Notes: a model not told the origin generated them from the letters alone. A stretch of 64,000 nucleotides of DNA from an uncultured Alphaproteobacteria bacterium (GCA_944392565.1 CALXWX010000002.1:117853-181852), one strand, 5' to 3'; shown: positions 1 through 9,717, counted from the stretch's first letter. Made by a program: numbers and translations.

Positions 1-47
1 GCCGTATTTTTTGATTTCATAATATACCTTCCTTTCTGTAATAAACC

Positions 48-557
48 CTACATTGTAATCAGCCAGAATACAATTGTTGCAACGACCAGAAACGATAATG
101 GCACAACAACCTTTTGAAACGCAAATTTTGCATGACCGCCATTATCGCGCTTTATCTTTACATACCACCGCGCCCCCATATAGAACGCGATTGTACCAAC
201 AATTATCCCCAACAAGAACTTATCAATTCCCCACAATGTTGCCGCGCCAAATTCGACACCCGGCAATGCATAAACCGCCGCCAATAAACCATAATAAACA
301 ACAAATGGCACAACAATTTGCCAAAACGCGCTTTTTACGCCACGCTTTTTCAACCAACCCGCCGTCCAAAAGAACAGTGATAATGTTAATCCACCCGCCC
401 AAATACCGGTTATAACATCATCCACCCCCAGCAGGCGCATTCCTTCCAGTCCGGCACCAACTGCCACCGTACAAACCGGACAAACCGCCATTGCCACCGG
501 CATTATCGCCAACGCTGCGACTACCCCGAATAAAACTGGTGAAAGTATTTTTTTCAT
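48..557 (-). CDS. Polytopic membrane protein of unknown function (CPVC motif in first hydrophobic helix)
   Basis: ORF 48..578. The preferred start is ATG 557 (MKKIL...), with an AAGGGA SD about 7 nt upstream. 4-5 hydrophobic helices. No family recognised by eye. Confidence 0.6.
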   Translation of the reverse strand: MKKILSPVLFGVVAALAIMPVAMAVCPVCTVAVGAGLEGMRLLGVDDVITGIWAGGLTLSLFFWTAGWLKKRGVKSAFWQIVVPFVVYYGLLAAVYALPGVEFGAATLWGIDKFLLGIIVGTIAFYMGARWYVKIKRDNGGHAKFAFQKVVVPLSFLVVATIVFWLITM

Positions 558-616
558 ATTTTTTCCCTTGTCCTTCATTTATTTTTTTAAATCGTACAAA
601 AAATCCACAATGCCGG

Positions 617-1462
617 TCAATATGATTTTATCACACCGCGCATATGCGCACTGCGCGCGCGGGGATTTTGTTCAATTTCAGCATCACTGGGAATCGCCGC
701 CCGCATTCCCACAAATTGGGGCGGGGCAACCACCGGCATCCGCGGATCGCCGGGTGGTGTTGTCCATGTCCGAAAAGTATTTTTTACAATTCTGTCTTCG
801 ATTGAATGAAATGTAACACATATGCATTTGCCGCCCACCACCAATCGCGCCGGCACTGCATCCAATGCGCGCACCAGTTCGCCCATTTCATCATTTACCG
901 CAATTCGTAATGCCTGGAATACCGGCGCAATATCACGCGGCTTATTAATTAAATCTTTTAATTCAAATGTTGTTTTCGGGGCGCCGTCTTTGATTTTACG
1001 CGCCAATGCCACGGCTGATTTTATATCCCCATAATCACGCAAAATGCGCGCCAACATATCCACAGACGAATTCTGAATTAACTCCGCCGCCGTCATGCCA
1101 TCCGATGACATGCGCATATCTAATGGACCATCACCACGAAACGAAAAACCGCGCGATGCAACATCAATCTGCATTGACGATATACCCAAATCAAACACAA
1201 TCGCATCATACTGCCCGGACAAATCCGCAATATGTGAAAAAGGGCGGGGTACAAATTCAAATTGCGTCCCAAATTCAGATTTTATTTTTTCCACATCCCC
1301 AATAACATTCGGATCCCTGTCAAATGCGATAACATGCGCCCCTGCATTTAAAAAAGCGCGCGTGTATCCACCTGCACCAAATGTTGCATCAACAATAACG
1401 CGCCCATGAACGTCACCCAACGCACGCATAACTGCATCTAATAACACCGGAATATGTTTCAT
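617..1462 (-). CDS. rsmH: 16S rRNA (cytosine1402-N4)-methyltransferase RsmH/MraW
   Basis: HIPVLL N-terminus, SAM motif DATFGAGGYT and DLGISSMQ motif. ATG 1462 lies 1 nt after the dnaE stop; the track ORF extends to a TTG at 1477. Confidence 0.93.
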   Translation of the reverse strand: MKHIPVLLDAVMRALGDVHGRVIVDATFGAGGYTRAFLNAGAHVIAFDRDPNVIGDVEKIKSEFGTQFEFVPRPFSHIADLSGQYDAIVFDLGISSMQIDVASRGFSFRGDGPLDMRMSSDGMTAAELIQNSSVDMLARILRDYGDIKSAVALARKIKDGAPKTTFELKDLINKPRDIAPVFQALRIAVNDEMGELVRALDAVPARLVVGGKCICVTFHSIEDRIVKNTFRTWTTPPGDPRMPVVAPPQFVGMRAAIPSDAEIEQNPRARSAHMRGVIKSY

Positions 1463-1463
1463 A

Positions 1464-4400
1464 CTATTCGATTTCAACCTTTATCCCCAGATTAATAAAA
1501 TCATTTGCGGTTGTTGCGCCCAATTCAACCCCACCTGGCAACGCAACCGCGGCAACCTTGTCCGTGGCATGCAGATTCAAAACGACCCGTGTTGGTCCCG
1601 CCCGTAATGCCCCCAATGCTTTTTTTACATCTGGCAAAACAGCACCATCATATATATCCAATGTTATTTTTTTCGCGATTTTTGCCACCCATTGGGTCAA
1701 TGGCATTATTGAATCAACAAATATCGACACCCTGTCATCACGGCATGATGTTTTTCCAGATATTAATACCAATGTTTCATTTGACAGTATTTGCGCAAAT
1801 TCTGCCGCCGATTGTCCAAACGCAACCGCATCAATATTACCAAAACTGTCCGATGCGTTTATAGTAATCATATCCTTGCCAGCCTTGGTCCGGCGGCGCG
1901 AAAACGAACCAACAGTCGCGGCAATTTGCACCGGTTTTCTGTCGCCCAATGTTGCCAGTGTCGCACTGGTCGCCAGGTTTGCCCGTTTTATCAAATGCTT
2001 ATACTGATCCAACGGATGCGCCGATATATAAAATCCTAACGCCGATAATTCATTTTCTAATCGCTGGGCAAATGTCCATGGTTTGGTTCGGGGTAAATTC
2101 TTTTTCAGTCTGTCTTCGGCAACATCGTCTTCGACCGTATTGGCAAACAGCGACAACAGGTTTCCACCATCGCGGGATTTTGACGCATATGATAAAATCG
2201 CATCTGCATTCATAAATATTGCCGCACGATTTGGCTCTAATGAATCCAGAACACCGACCTTGGCAAACGCTTCCAGAATTCGCTTGTTTATAATTGGCGC
2301 ACATCGTTTTGCAAAATCAGTCAGGTTTTTAAATTTACCCCGTGCATTTCGTTCGGCAACAATTGCATCTGTTGCGACCGTACCAACACCCTTTATCGCC
2401 GCCAATGCATATATTATTTTCCCATCACGCACAGTAAATAAAGATTCACTTTTATTAATATCTGGGGCAACAATTTGAATCCCAAAATTCGCCTTGGCAT
2501 CATCGACAAATAACGCCAATTGATCCGTATCATTTAAATTACTGGACATAGATGCCGCCAGAAATTCTGGGGTATAATTCGCTTTTAAGTACGCACATTG
2601 GTTTGCGACAATTGAATATGCAACCGCATGTGATTTATTAAATGCATATTTTGCAAATTCTTTGAATTGTTCCCATAATTCCTTGGCTTGTTCGCGATTC
2701 AGCGTTTGTTCTTTTTCACACCCGTCATAGAACTTGCCTTCCAGTTCATCCAACATCTTGGCAATTTTTTTACCCATTGCCTTGCGCACATTGTCTGACT
2801 GCCCGCGGGTAAACCCTGCCAATGCACGCGTCAATTGCATAACCTGTTCTTGATATACAATAATTCCATATGTTTCTTTCAGTATTGGTTCAGCACGCGG
2901 ATGTACATATTCGACTTTTTCTTCACCATGCATACGCGCAATAAATTGCGGAATAAATGCGATTGGTCCCGGTCGATTTAACGCATTTAATGCCGATATT
3001 TCCAAGAAACTGGTCGGATGCATTTTACGCAAAGTCTGTTGCACAAACGGGGCATCGAATTGGAATATACCTTCGGTCATGCCCGATTGCCATAACTTCA
3101 TTGTTTTTGGATCATCTGTTGGAATTTTATCCAAATCAATATTTATTCCACGCGTTTGTTGAATTAACTTTATCGCATACTTTAATATCGCCAGTGTTTC
3201 CAACCCCAGAAAGTCAAACTTAATCAATCCCGATGATTCCAAATAATGCCCATCAAATTGACACGATGGTAACGGGTTTGTCGGGTCACGATATACCGGC
3301 GCAATTTTTGTTGTGGGTCTGTCGCCGATAACAACACCACACGCATGCTGCCCCAGATTGCGCAAAGACCCTTCCAGTTCTTCGGCAATGGTTACAACCT
3401 TGTTCATATCTTCATCTGTTTGCAAAATTGCCTGAATTTCTGGGGACGAATCAACCGCTACTTTTAAAGTTTTTGCATCCTGTGGAATCAGCTTTGATAA
3501 TCGGTCTGATTTAGAATATGGTATCCCATACACGCGCCCAATATCACGAATTGCACCACGCGCTTGCAGGCTGCCAAATGTAATAATACGACAAACGGAA
3601 TCATGTCCATATTTATCACAAATGTACGCCAACACGCGTTCAATTCCCGTTGGTTCAAAATCCACATCAAAATCAGGCATTGAAATACGATCTGGATTTA
3701 AAAATCTTTCAAACAGCAATCCATATTTCAATGGGTTCACATGGGTAATACCCAATGCCCACGCAACAATTGATCCAGCCCCAGACCCACGCCCCGGACC
3801 GGTTAAAATATCATTGCGCCGACACCAATCAATATAATCTGCAACAATCAGGAAATAACCGGGGAATCCCATGTTAATAATAACCCCCAGTTCGAATTCC
3901 GCCTGTTCATAATATGGGGCGGTATCTGTAATACCATGCTGTGCCAGATTTTTCGCCAACCCCGCCATCGTGTGGTCGCGCAACATTTTGCATTCTTGTT
4001 CCAAATCATCACCAAACCGCGGCAATAATGGCTTTTCATGAACATTAACCATAAAACCGCACCTGTTTGCGATTATAACCGTGTTTTCTATTGCCTCTGG
4101 CAAATCAGAAAATAATTCTGACATTTCTGCGGCTGATTTAAAGTATTGTTCTGATGATTTGCGTGGTCTGTCTGGATCAATAACCTTGGTCTGCCCCAGC
4201 ACGCAACTTAACGCATCTTCGGCTTCATAATCATGTGGTGTGGCAAATTCAACATCATTTGTTGCAACAATTGGAATATTTAAATCCAACGCGATTTTTA
4301 AAAATGCTGGTTCTGTCTTGATTTCATCTGCCAACCCATGCCGCTGAATTTCGATATAGAATCGGTCGCCAAAAATATCCAAGAATTTTTTTGCATATTC

Positions 4401-4874
4401 GCGCGCCAATGTATCTTGATTATTTAAAATCGCCATACCAATGGGACCGGTATGCGCACCCGACAGGCAAATTAACCCACTTGAATGCGATTCCAATTCA
4501 TCAAATGTGATATACGGTCCCAGATGATGATTTTCTGTACGCATGTACATAATACGACTTAATTCGCATAAATTTAAATATCCATCATGATTTTGCGCCA
4601 ACAAAACGATACGCGACAATGCATTTAATCGCAAAATTTTTGGGTCCGCATTATGCTGGTTCAATGTGATTTCCGTGCCGATAATCGGTTGGACATGATT
4701 TTTCGGCATAACATCAGAAAATTCCGCACACCCCGACATCATATTCGTATCCGTCATGGCGCATGCAGTCATATTGTTTGCAATGCACAGTTCCGGAATT
4801 TGCTTTATTTTCAGCGTACCGGCACCAATTGAAATACGCGAATGTACACGAAGATGAACGAATTGATTTTCCAT
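1464..4874 (-). CDS. dnaE: DNA polymerase III alpha subunit
   Basis: 1136 aa from ATG 4874 (MENQFVHLRVHS, PHP domain), followed by the polymerase core and a C-terminal OB region. The track ORF starts 20 codons earlier. Confidence 0.96.
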   Translation of the reverse strand: MENQFVHLRVHSRISIGAGTLKIKQIPELCIANNMTACAMTDTNMMSGCAEFSDVMPKNHVQPIIGTEITLNQHNADPKILRLNALSRIVLLAQNHDGYLNLCELSRIMYMRTENHHLGPYITFDELESHSSGLICLSGAHTGPIGMAILNNQDTLAREYAKKFLDIFGDRFYIEIQRHGLADEIKTEPAFLKIALDLNIPIVATNDVEFATPHDYEAEDALSCVLGQTKVIDPDRPRKSSEQYFKSAAEMSELFSDLPEAIENTVIIANRCGFMVNVHEKPLLPRFGDDLEQECKMLRDHTMAGLAKNLAQHGITDTAPYYEQAEFELGVIINMGFPGYFLIVADYIDWCRRNDILTGPGRGSGAGSIVAWALGITHVNPLKYGLLFERFLNPDRISMPDFDVDFEPTGIERVLAYICDKYGHDSVCRIITFGSLQARGAIRDIGRVYGIPYSKSDRLSKLIPQDAKTLKVAVDSSPEIQAILQTDEDMNKVVTIAEELEGSLRNLGQHACGVVIGDRPTTKIAPVYRDPTNPLPSCQFDGHYLESSGLIKFDFLGLETLAILKYAIKLIQQTRGINIDLDKIPTDDPKTMKLWQSGMTEGIFQFDAPFVQQTLRKMHPTSFLEISALNALNRPGPIAFIPQFIARMHGEEKVEYVHPRAEPILKETYGIIVYQEQVMQLTRALAGFTRGQSDNVRKAMGKKIAKMLDELEGKFYDGCEKEQTLNREQAKELWEQFKEFAKYAFNKSHAVAYSIVANQCAYLKANYTPEFLAASMSSNLNDTDQLALFVDDAKANFGIQIVAPDINKSESLFTVRDGKIIYALAAIKGVGTVATDAIVAERNARGKFKNLTDFAKRCAPIINKRILEAFAKVGVLDSLEPNRAAIFMNADAILSYASKSRDGGNLLSLFANTVEDDVAEDRLKKNLPRTKPWTFAQRLENELSALGFYISAHPLDQYKHLIKRANLATSATLATLGDRKPVQIAATVGSFSRRRTKAGKDMITINASDSFGNIDAVAFGQSAAEFAQILSNETLVLISGKTSCRDDRVSIFVDSIMPLTQWVAKIAKKITLDIYDGAVLPDVKKALGALRAGPTRVVLNLHATDKVAAVALPGGVELGATTANDFINLGIKVEIE

Positions 4875-4979
4875 GCCCCGACAATAGCAAAAAATCCACC
4901 CCCAGGGCAACCACATTATTATCAAAAAAATCAAAATTTTTTATTACTGGAAATTCAACCATTTATATGCCATAATAAA

Positions 4980-5135
4980 TGCGCATTGGCTGATTACCAA
5001 TGCGGGGTCTAGAAGCCTCATATAAGTAAAACTCTCCAACACGGGTTGGAGGGCTGTTAATATATCGAATATACAGCACTATTACTTGTAATAGCTTCTA
5101 GCCTCCAACCGCCCATAATCACGGCGGTGTTTTTA
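4980..5135 (+). ncRNA. Unassigned structured leader-like RNA, copy 1 (homolog of 40910-41128)
   Basis: Possible -10 CATAAT at 4971-4976. Hairpin P0 4983-4989/4997-5003, P1 5009-5016/5094-5101, P2 5034-5040/5045-5051. Conserved AAUAUAUCGAAUA 5059-5071 and CAGCAC 5074-5079. Terminator ccgcc/ggcgg plus U-run 5109-5134. All helices covary with copy 2. Confidence 0.6.
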
Positions 5136-5191
5136 TTAACCCAATAAAACAAGTGGAGATAGAAAAATGATACTGGTCGATAATTCATACA

Positions 5192-5416
5192 TTGGTAAAA
5201 AAAATACATCGGTCGCGCAGAACCGCAAAAGTAAGACGAAACGATGCGGCAAAGATGTTACGCATAACCCCAAAGAAATTATTAAGGTATGAAAGCGGCA
5301 AAGAATTAATCCCCGAATGCGTACTGGAACGATTGTTCTATAACGCATGGGCAATGATGGCAGTGCGAAATGCACAGTATCGTGAATTGCCCCGCCGCCC
5401 ACAGTGGGAAAAATGA
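5192..5416 (+). CDS. Small XRE-family helix-turn-helix protein (start uncertain; possible A8-tract frameshift from ATG 5167)
   Basis: The 74-aa track ORF starts at a TTG with no SD. HTH segment AAKMLRITPKKLLRYESGKELIPECVLERL. An SD (GGAGA) plus ATG 5167 sits in the adjacent frame and would join this frame if the A8 tract 5197-5204 were A7. Confidence 0.6.
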   Translation: MVKKIHRSRRTAKVRRNDAAKMLRITPKKLLRYESGKELIPECVLERLFYNAWAMMAVRNAQYRELPRRPQWEK

Positions 5417-5432
5417 AGCACTGTGCCAAGTT

Positions 5433-5865
5433 CCCCTCTATGGAGGGGTGCCGCGCAGCGGCGGGGTGGTCAGAGAATACAAGAATGTGCCACATCCTTG
5501 TCATTGCGAGCGCAGCGAAGCAATCCAGTAAGTTATGCCACGCGCTTATGCGCGACTTTATTATGACTGGATCGCCACGGTCGCAATGCTCCCTCGCGAT
5601 GACAAGATAAGAGCAAGCACCAACCACACTCTTGTCATTGCGAGCCATCGCAGATGGCGTGGCAATCTCTTTTTTGTTGTTGTGTCGCTCGGGTACTGCG
5701 TACCCTGTGCGTATCCTCGTATTTGTTCAAACTGCGCTAGCGCTTGTTCTCACATGCTCGGATTCATTGCGAGCCATCACAGATGGCGCGGCAATCCAGT
5801 AAATAAAACTTGTCGCGTATGCGACACATCATTTGCACTCTGAACTTTGAACTCTGCACTCTGTA
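5433..5865. repeat. Cluster of short palindromic (REP/MITE-like) repeats
   Basis: Four copies of a CTTGTCATTGCGAGC...GGCAATCCAG hairpin element: 5497-5528, 5567-5606 (inverted), 5631-5667, 5763-5799. The last two differ at 2 positions over about 34 nt. Also a GC-rich hairpin element at 5433-5470 and several small palindromes. The ORFs called here (5136..5648-, 5404..5610+, 5535..5843+) read through repeats and look spurious. Confidence 0.75.
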
Positions 5866-5892
5866 AAAAACGGGGCATTTGCCCCGGTTTTT
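5865..5892. terminator. Bidirectional intrinsic terminator
   Basis: A-run, cggggc-attt-gccccg stem-loop, T-run. Lies immediately after the tolA-like stop. Confidence 0.75.
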
Positions 5893-6730
5893 ACATAACC
5901 TTTCCCTGGGTTGGATAGAATGTTAATTGAATCTTTTCCCATTTATCAAATTCATTTTCGGGCAACATTTTAAACGGCTGGCATACATTTATTGCACTGC
6001 GAATGGTATCCAATACATACGCAAATGCCGGATCTGTTTCCGCACGCGCCGCTGATTCAAACCAGACATCACGCACCGTACCATTGCGCCGCATTGTCAA
6101 ATGTGCAACCGCGCGTATACCATCAATATCCGGACGCGTTGTATCAATTGTCCAACACCGCGTCATCGCAACACGCAACGCATCAACAACTGATATCGTC
6201 AAAGTACGATCCAATGATAATACTTCGCGATTAACACGAATCACCGTTTTTTTCTTTTTTGGTTTTTCGTCTGTTTTTTCCGGTTCGGATTTATTTGCAT
6301 CCGCACTTTGTTCAACCGGTTTTACAACAGGTTCTGGAATTTCCGGTACATCTTCGATTAAGCTGGGTTCATCAATTGGTTCATCAACAATTTCTTGTAT
6401 CGGATCTGGTGCCGCATCATTTTCATTTGCACCATCGTTATCAGAACTGGTTTGTTCATCATTTGTTGGTGCCTCTGGCGCGGATTCCGGTTCTGACACT
6501 TCCACATCAGCATCCGCATTAACATTACGCAGTATTGTTTCATCCCCGCTGACACGCACAGAATCCAAATCTATTTCATAAATTTCAATTCTGTCGGGCG
6601 CAACCATTTTTGCACGATCAACGACAACAACAAACGATGTTATCATTATCGCCATCAACGCCAAATGCCCACAAACTGACATTAACAAGTTTTCTGATGA
6701 AAATCGTGTTCCAAATTTCATATTAAACAC
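5891..6730 (-). CDS. tolA: TolA-like protein (N-terminal TM anchor, acidic/Pro-rich linker, TonB/TolA-type C-terminal domain)
   Basis: Position after tolQ-tolR. Single TM, then the DE/P-rich spacer with a KKKK stretch, then a roughly 100-aa C-terminal domain. Confidence 0.75.
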   Translation of the reverse strand: MFNMKFGTRFSSENLLMSVCGHLALMAIMITSFVVVVDRAKMVAPDRIEIYEIDLDSVRVSGDETILRNVNADADVEVSEPESAPEAPTNDEQTSSDNDGANENDAAPDPIQEIVDEPIDEPSLIEDVPEIPEPVVKPVEQSADANKSEPEKTDEKPKKKKTVIRVNREVLSLDRTLTISVVDALRVAMTRCWTIDTTRPDIDGIRAVAHLTMRRNGTVRDVWFESAARAETDPAFAYVLDTIRSAINVCQPFKMLPENEFDKWEKIQLTFYPTQGKVM

Positions 6731-6732
6731 TG

Positions 6733-7137
6733 TTATTCTGCATCCAGTTGTGTACGCAAACCAACACGCTGGAATCCCGCATCTTTTAATTTACCCATTA
6801 TTGACATAACCGCACCATAATCAGCAGACGCATCGCCACTGATCATGATTGTTAAATCAGGATTTTCACCGCGCATCGCAACCACACGACGCACCGCATC
6901 ATCACGCGAAACCAATGTCTTGCCCACATAATAATTACCCGCGGCATCAACACTGATTTGAATTGCATGATCATTTCCCGACAATGCTGAATTTCCCGCC
7001 CGCGGCAGATTTAAATCAATTCCCGTGGTCAGCATCGGTGTCGTTACCATAAATACCGCCAACAAAACCGTCATGACATCAATCATTGGTGTCAGCGACA
7101 TTGTGGCATCTGTATTACGAATTCTTCTGCGTGTCAT
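6733..7137 (-). CDS. tolR: Biopolymer transport protein TolR/ExbD
   Basis: MSLTPMIDVMTVLLAVFMV signature and the ExbD fold length of 134 aa. Confidence 0.9.
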   Translation of the reverse strand: MTRRRIRNTDATMSLTPMIDVMTVLLAVFMVTTPMLTTGIDLNLPRAGNSALSGNDHAIQISVDAAGNYYVGKTLVSRDDAVRRVVAMRGENPDLTIMISGDASADYGAVMSIMGKLKDAGFQRVGLRTQLDAE

Positions 7138-7138
7138 A

Positions 7139-7660
7139 TTATTTTGCCCCGCGTTTATTATTTTTCGGAAATTTTTCGAACTTCATTTCTTTACATTTTT
7201 CCGTCAATTTATCATATAAATCATCAGACTTTTTACTGAAATAATAATATGCAACCGCCGCCGGCACCGCCGCAATCAGCCCCAACGCCGTTGTACCCAA
7301 TGCTGTTGCCAATCCCGGCGCAATAACACCAATTGACACCGATTGATTTATACCAATTGATGAAAAAGAATCCATCACACCCCAAATTGTACCAAACAAC
7401 CCAACAAACGGCGCGATATAAGACAACATTGACAAGAACCATAAATTTTTATCAAATGGTCGAATTAATTTATCTGCAATTGTCGATAAATTATCAGAAT
7501 TTTTAATCTGGACCGGATTTCTTTTTTGATAATGCCATAAACGAATTTTTTCAATTATAACCGCCCAAGAAATAACACTGCCCAAAATCAGAACCAGCGA
7601 AATAAACAATGTCATTAAATCGCCCGTGAACAATGTTGTAAAAGAAAACGCATTTGTCAT
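7139..7660 (-). CDS. tolQ: Tol-Pal proton channel protein TolQ/ExbB (short form)
   Basis: MotA/TolQ/ExbB motif FVGLFGTIWGVMDSF. Three TM helices. Confidence 0.9.
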   Translation of the reverse strand: MTNAFSFTTLFTGDLMTLFISLVLILGSVISWAVIIEKIRLWHYQKRNPVQIKNSDNLSTIADKLIRPFDKNLWFLSMLSYIAPFVGLFGTIWGVMDSFSSIGINQSVSIGVIAPGLATALGTTALGLIAAVPAAVAYYYFSKKSDDLYDKLTEKCKEMKFEKFPKNNKRGAK

Positions 7661-7689
7661 TTTATTTTTTCCCTTTTTTATTGTTTCTA

Positions 7690-8067
7690 TTATTCTTTAA
7701 ATGGTGCTGCAACTATATCTGGAATGCGCTTTGGCATCATATTCGCACCAATATATGCCGCCGTTCCTGACAGTATAGCACAAATTTCACCATCTTTCAC
7801 GAATTTTTGTTCAACCGATAACGATGCCGCCCCCAGTTTAACAACCGTTGTTTCAACAACAAACGCATCCCCCAGAAACAGTGGCTTAATATATCGTATG
7901 CTTAAATCACGGACAACGAAACCGACGTCGCCATCTGGAAATTTAATTCCGCGCAAAATATCCATACGCGCCCGTTCTGCAATTTCGATATATCGCCCAT
8001 GATACACTATACCACCGGCATCGGTATCTGCATACGCGATTGAAAATGGAAATTTATATACCTTCAT
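7690..8067 (-). CDS. ybgC: Tol-Pal-associated acyl-CoA thioesterase (4HBT family)
   Basis: [23 protein letters not shown] hot-dog motif. Canonical position upstream of tolQ. Confidence 0.9.
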   Translation of the reverse strand: MKVYKFPFSIAYADTDAGGIVYHGRYIEIAERARMDILRGIKFPDGDVGFVVRDLSIRYIKPLFLGDAFVVETTVVKLGAASLSVEQKFVKDGEICAILSGTAAYIGANMMPKRIPDIVAAPFKE

Positions 8068-9053
8068 TTTTCGATTCCTAAATGTTTATATCCCGCATCA
8101 GTAATAACACGACCGCGCGGCGTACGCTGAACGAACCCCATCTGCATTAAATACGGCTCTATTACATCTTCAATTGTATCAACTGGCTCTGACAGTGCCG
8201 CCGCCAAATTTTCAATTCCAACAGGTCCCCCAGCATAATGGCGCACAATCGCATTCATATATTCGCGGTCAATTTCATCCAGTCCACTTTCATCAATATG
8301 CAACTGGAACAATGTTGTCTTTATCGTATCTGATGAAATTTCTGTGCGTCCCAATGCAGTTGCAAAATCCCGCGCCCGCTTTAATAATCTGTTTGCAATA
8401 CGGGGTGTGCCACGCGCACTGTGTGCCAGCATTTTTGCGCCATCTGTATCAATCGGCATACCTAATATATTTGCACTGCGCATAATGATTTTTGCCAAAT
8501 CATCTGTTGTATAAAACGACAAACGCAAATCAATACCAAATCTGTCCCGTAATGGGTTTGACAGCAGTCCTGTACGCGTTGTTGCGCCCACCAAAGTAAA
8601 CGGGGGCAGGTCAATCCGTACACTTTTTGCCGATGGTCCTTCGCCCAACATTATATCCAACTTGAAATCTTCCATTGCGGAATATAAAACTTCTTCGATT
8701 GCGGTGGGCAAACGATGTATTTCATCAATAAACAGAACATCCATCGGTTCCAGCGATGTCAGTATTGCCGCCAAATCACCTTGCTTGGTCAGCATCGGTG
8801 CCGCTGTTGCACGAAAATTTGTTCCCAATTCATTTGCAACAATATGCGCCAGTGTTGTTTTTCCCAATCCCGGGGGACCATATAACAAAACATGATCCAT
8901 CGCTTCGCCGCGCGATTTTGCCCCAGATATAAATACAGATAAATTCTGCTTTAACGCGTCATGCCCAATAAAATCCGCCAACACGCGCGGACGAATGGAT
9001 GCCGCCATTTCATCTGGGATATTTGGATCTAAAAATCTGTCTGTATTCTGCAT
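8064..9053 (-). CDS. ruvB: Holliday junction branch migration helicase RuvB
   Basis: Walker [16 protein letters not shown], sensor and winged-helix regions. Start taken at MQNTDRF (ATG 9053); the track ORF extends to 9095. Confidence 0.95.
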   Translation of the reverse strand: MQNTDRFLDPNIPDEMAASIRPRVLADFIGHDALKQNLSVFISGAKSRGEAMDHVLLYGPPGLGKTTLAHIVANELGTNFRATAAPMLTKQGDLAAILTSLEPMDVLFIDEIHRLPTAIEEVLYSAMEDFKLDIMLGEGPSAKSVRIDLPPFTLVGATTRTGLLSNPLRDRFGIDLRLSFYTTDDLAKIIMRSANILGMPIDTDGAKMLAHSARGTPRIANRLLKRARDFATALGRTEISSDTIKTTLFQLHIDESGLDEIDREYMNAIVRHYAGGPVGIENLAAALSEPVDTIEDVIEPYLMQMGFVQRTPRGRVITDAGYKHLGIEK

Positions 9054-9057
9054 ATTA

Positions 9058-9717
9058 TTACAACAACTTATTATCTGCATTTTCACGACCGACATACGCC
9101 TTTAAATCATTATACATCTGGCGCAAATCTGCCGGCTGGCTATATAAAGAATCTGCATTTTTAACACGAATTGTTTCCAAATCAATCTGTGCCTGCTTTT
9201 TTAAAACCTGGGTTAAATGTGTTGCGAATGCCTTGGCGTCATCAGATTCTGCCGCACCCTGTAATAACAGCCCACGATTTGGTCGCGGCGATAAAAATGC
9301 AAAATCTGCAACGGATGGATCTGGTGATACCAATGCAAATCCTGAAACCTCTGGACGACGCATCATTGCCTGTAAAACATACCACGCCCCCAGTTGATTT
9401 CCCGCCAGCCATATTTTATCACTATCTTCATTTCTGTTCTGAATCCAGTCAATTACTGTTGCGATATCCAGCATATTTTCTGATGTGGTGCCAATTGCCC
9501 CCTCAGAATAATTTACACCACGGTAATTAAATCGCACAACAGAAAATCCGATATCCATAAATGCACGAAACATTGCATACGATACACGATCATTCATATG
9601 ATATTTCTGCCGCGGGTTCCCAGATAAAATCACCGCCAACGGCGCAGATGGCGTATCAGACTTATGATAAACCGCATGTAATTTTCCTGCATCCCCTGAA
9701 ATCATTATGTCAACCAT
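9058..9717 (-). CDS. Alpha/beta-hydrolase-fold protein, probably catalytically inactive
   Basis: COG2945-like layout. The nucleophile elbow reads GNQLG (Gln where Ser is expected), and the expected ADHF His position reads ADSLY. Confidence 0.7.
   Translation of the reverse strand: MVDIMISGDAGKLHAVYHKSDTPSAPLAVILSGNPRQKYHMNDRVSYAMFRAFMDIGFSVVRFNYRGVNYSEGAIGTTSENMLDIATVIDWIQNRNEDSDKIWLAGNQLGAWYVLQAMMRRPEVSGFALVSPDPSVADFAFLSPRPNRGLLLQGAAESDDAKAFATHLTQVLKKQAQIDLETIRVKNADSLYSQPADLRQMYNDLKAYVGRENADNKLL

Noticed and set aside
5136-5648. 170-aa minus-strand ORF, plus the plus-strand ORFs 5404..5610 and 5535..5843
   Set aside because: They run across the XRE gene and the palindromic repeat cluster. 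Their peptides (LDCFAALAMT, VIASAAKQS, HPSIEGNL) look like translated repeat elements rather than proteins.
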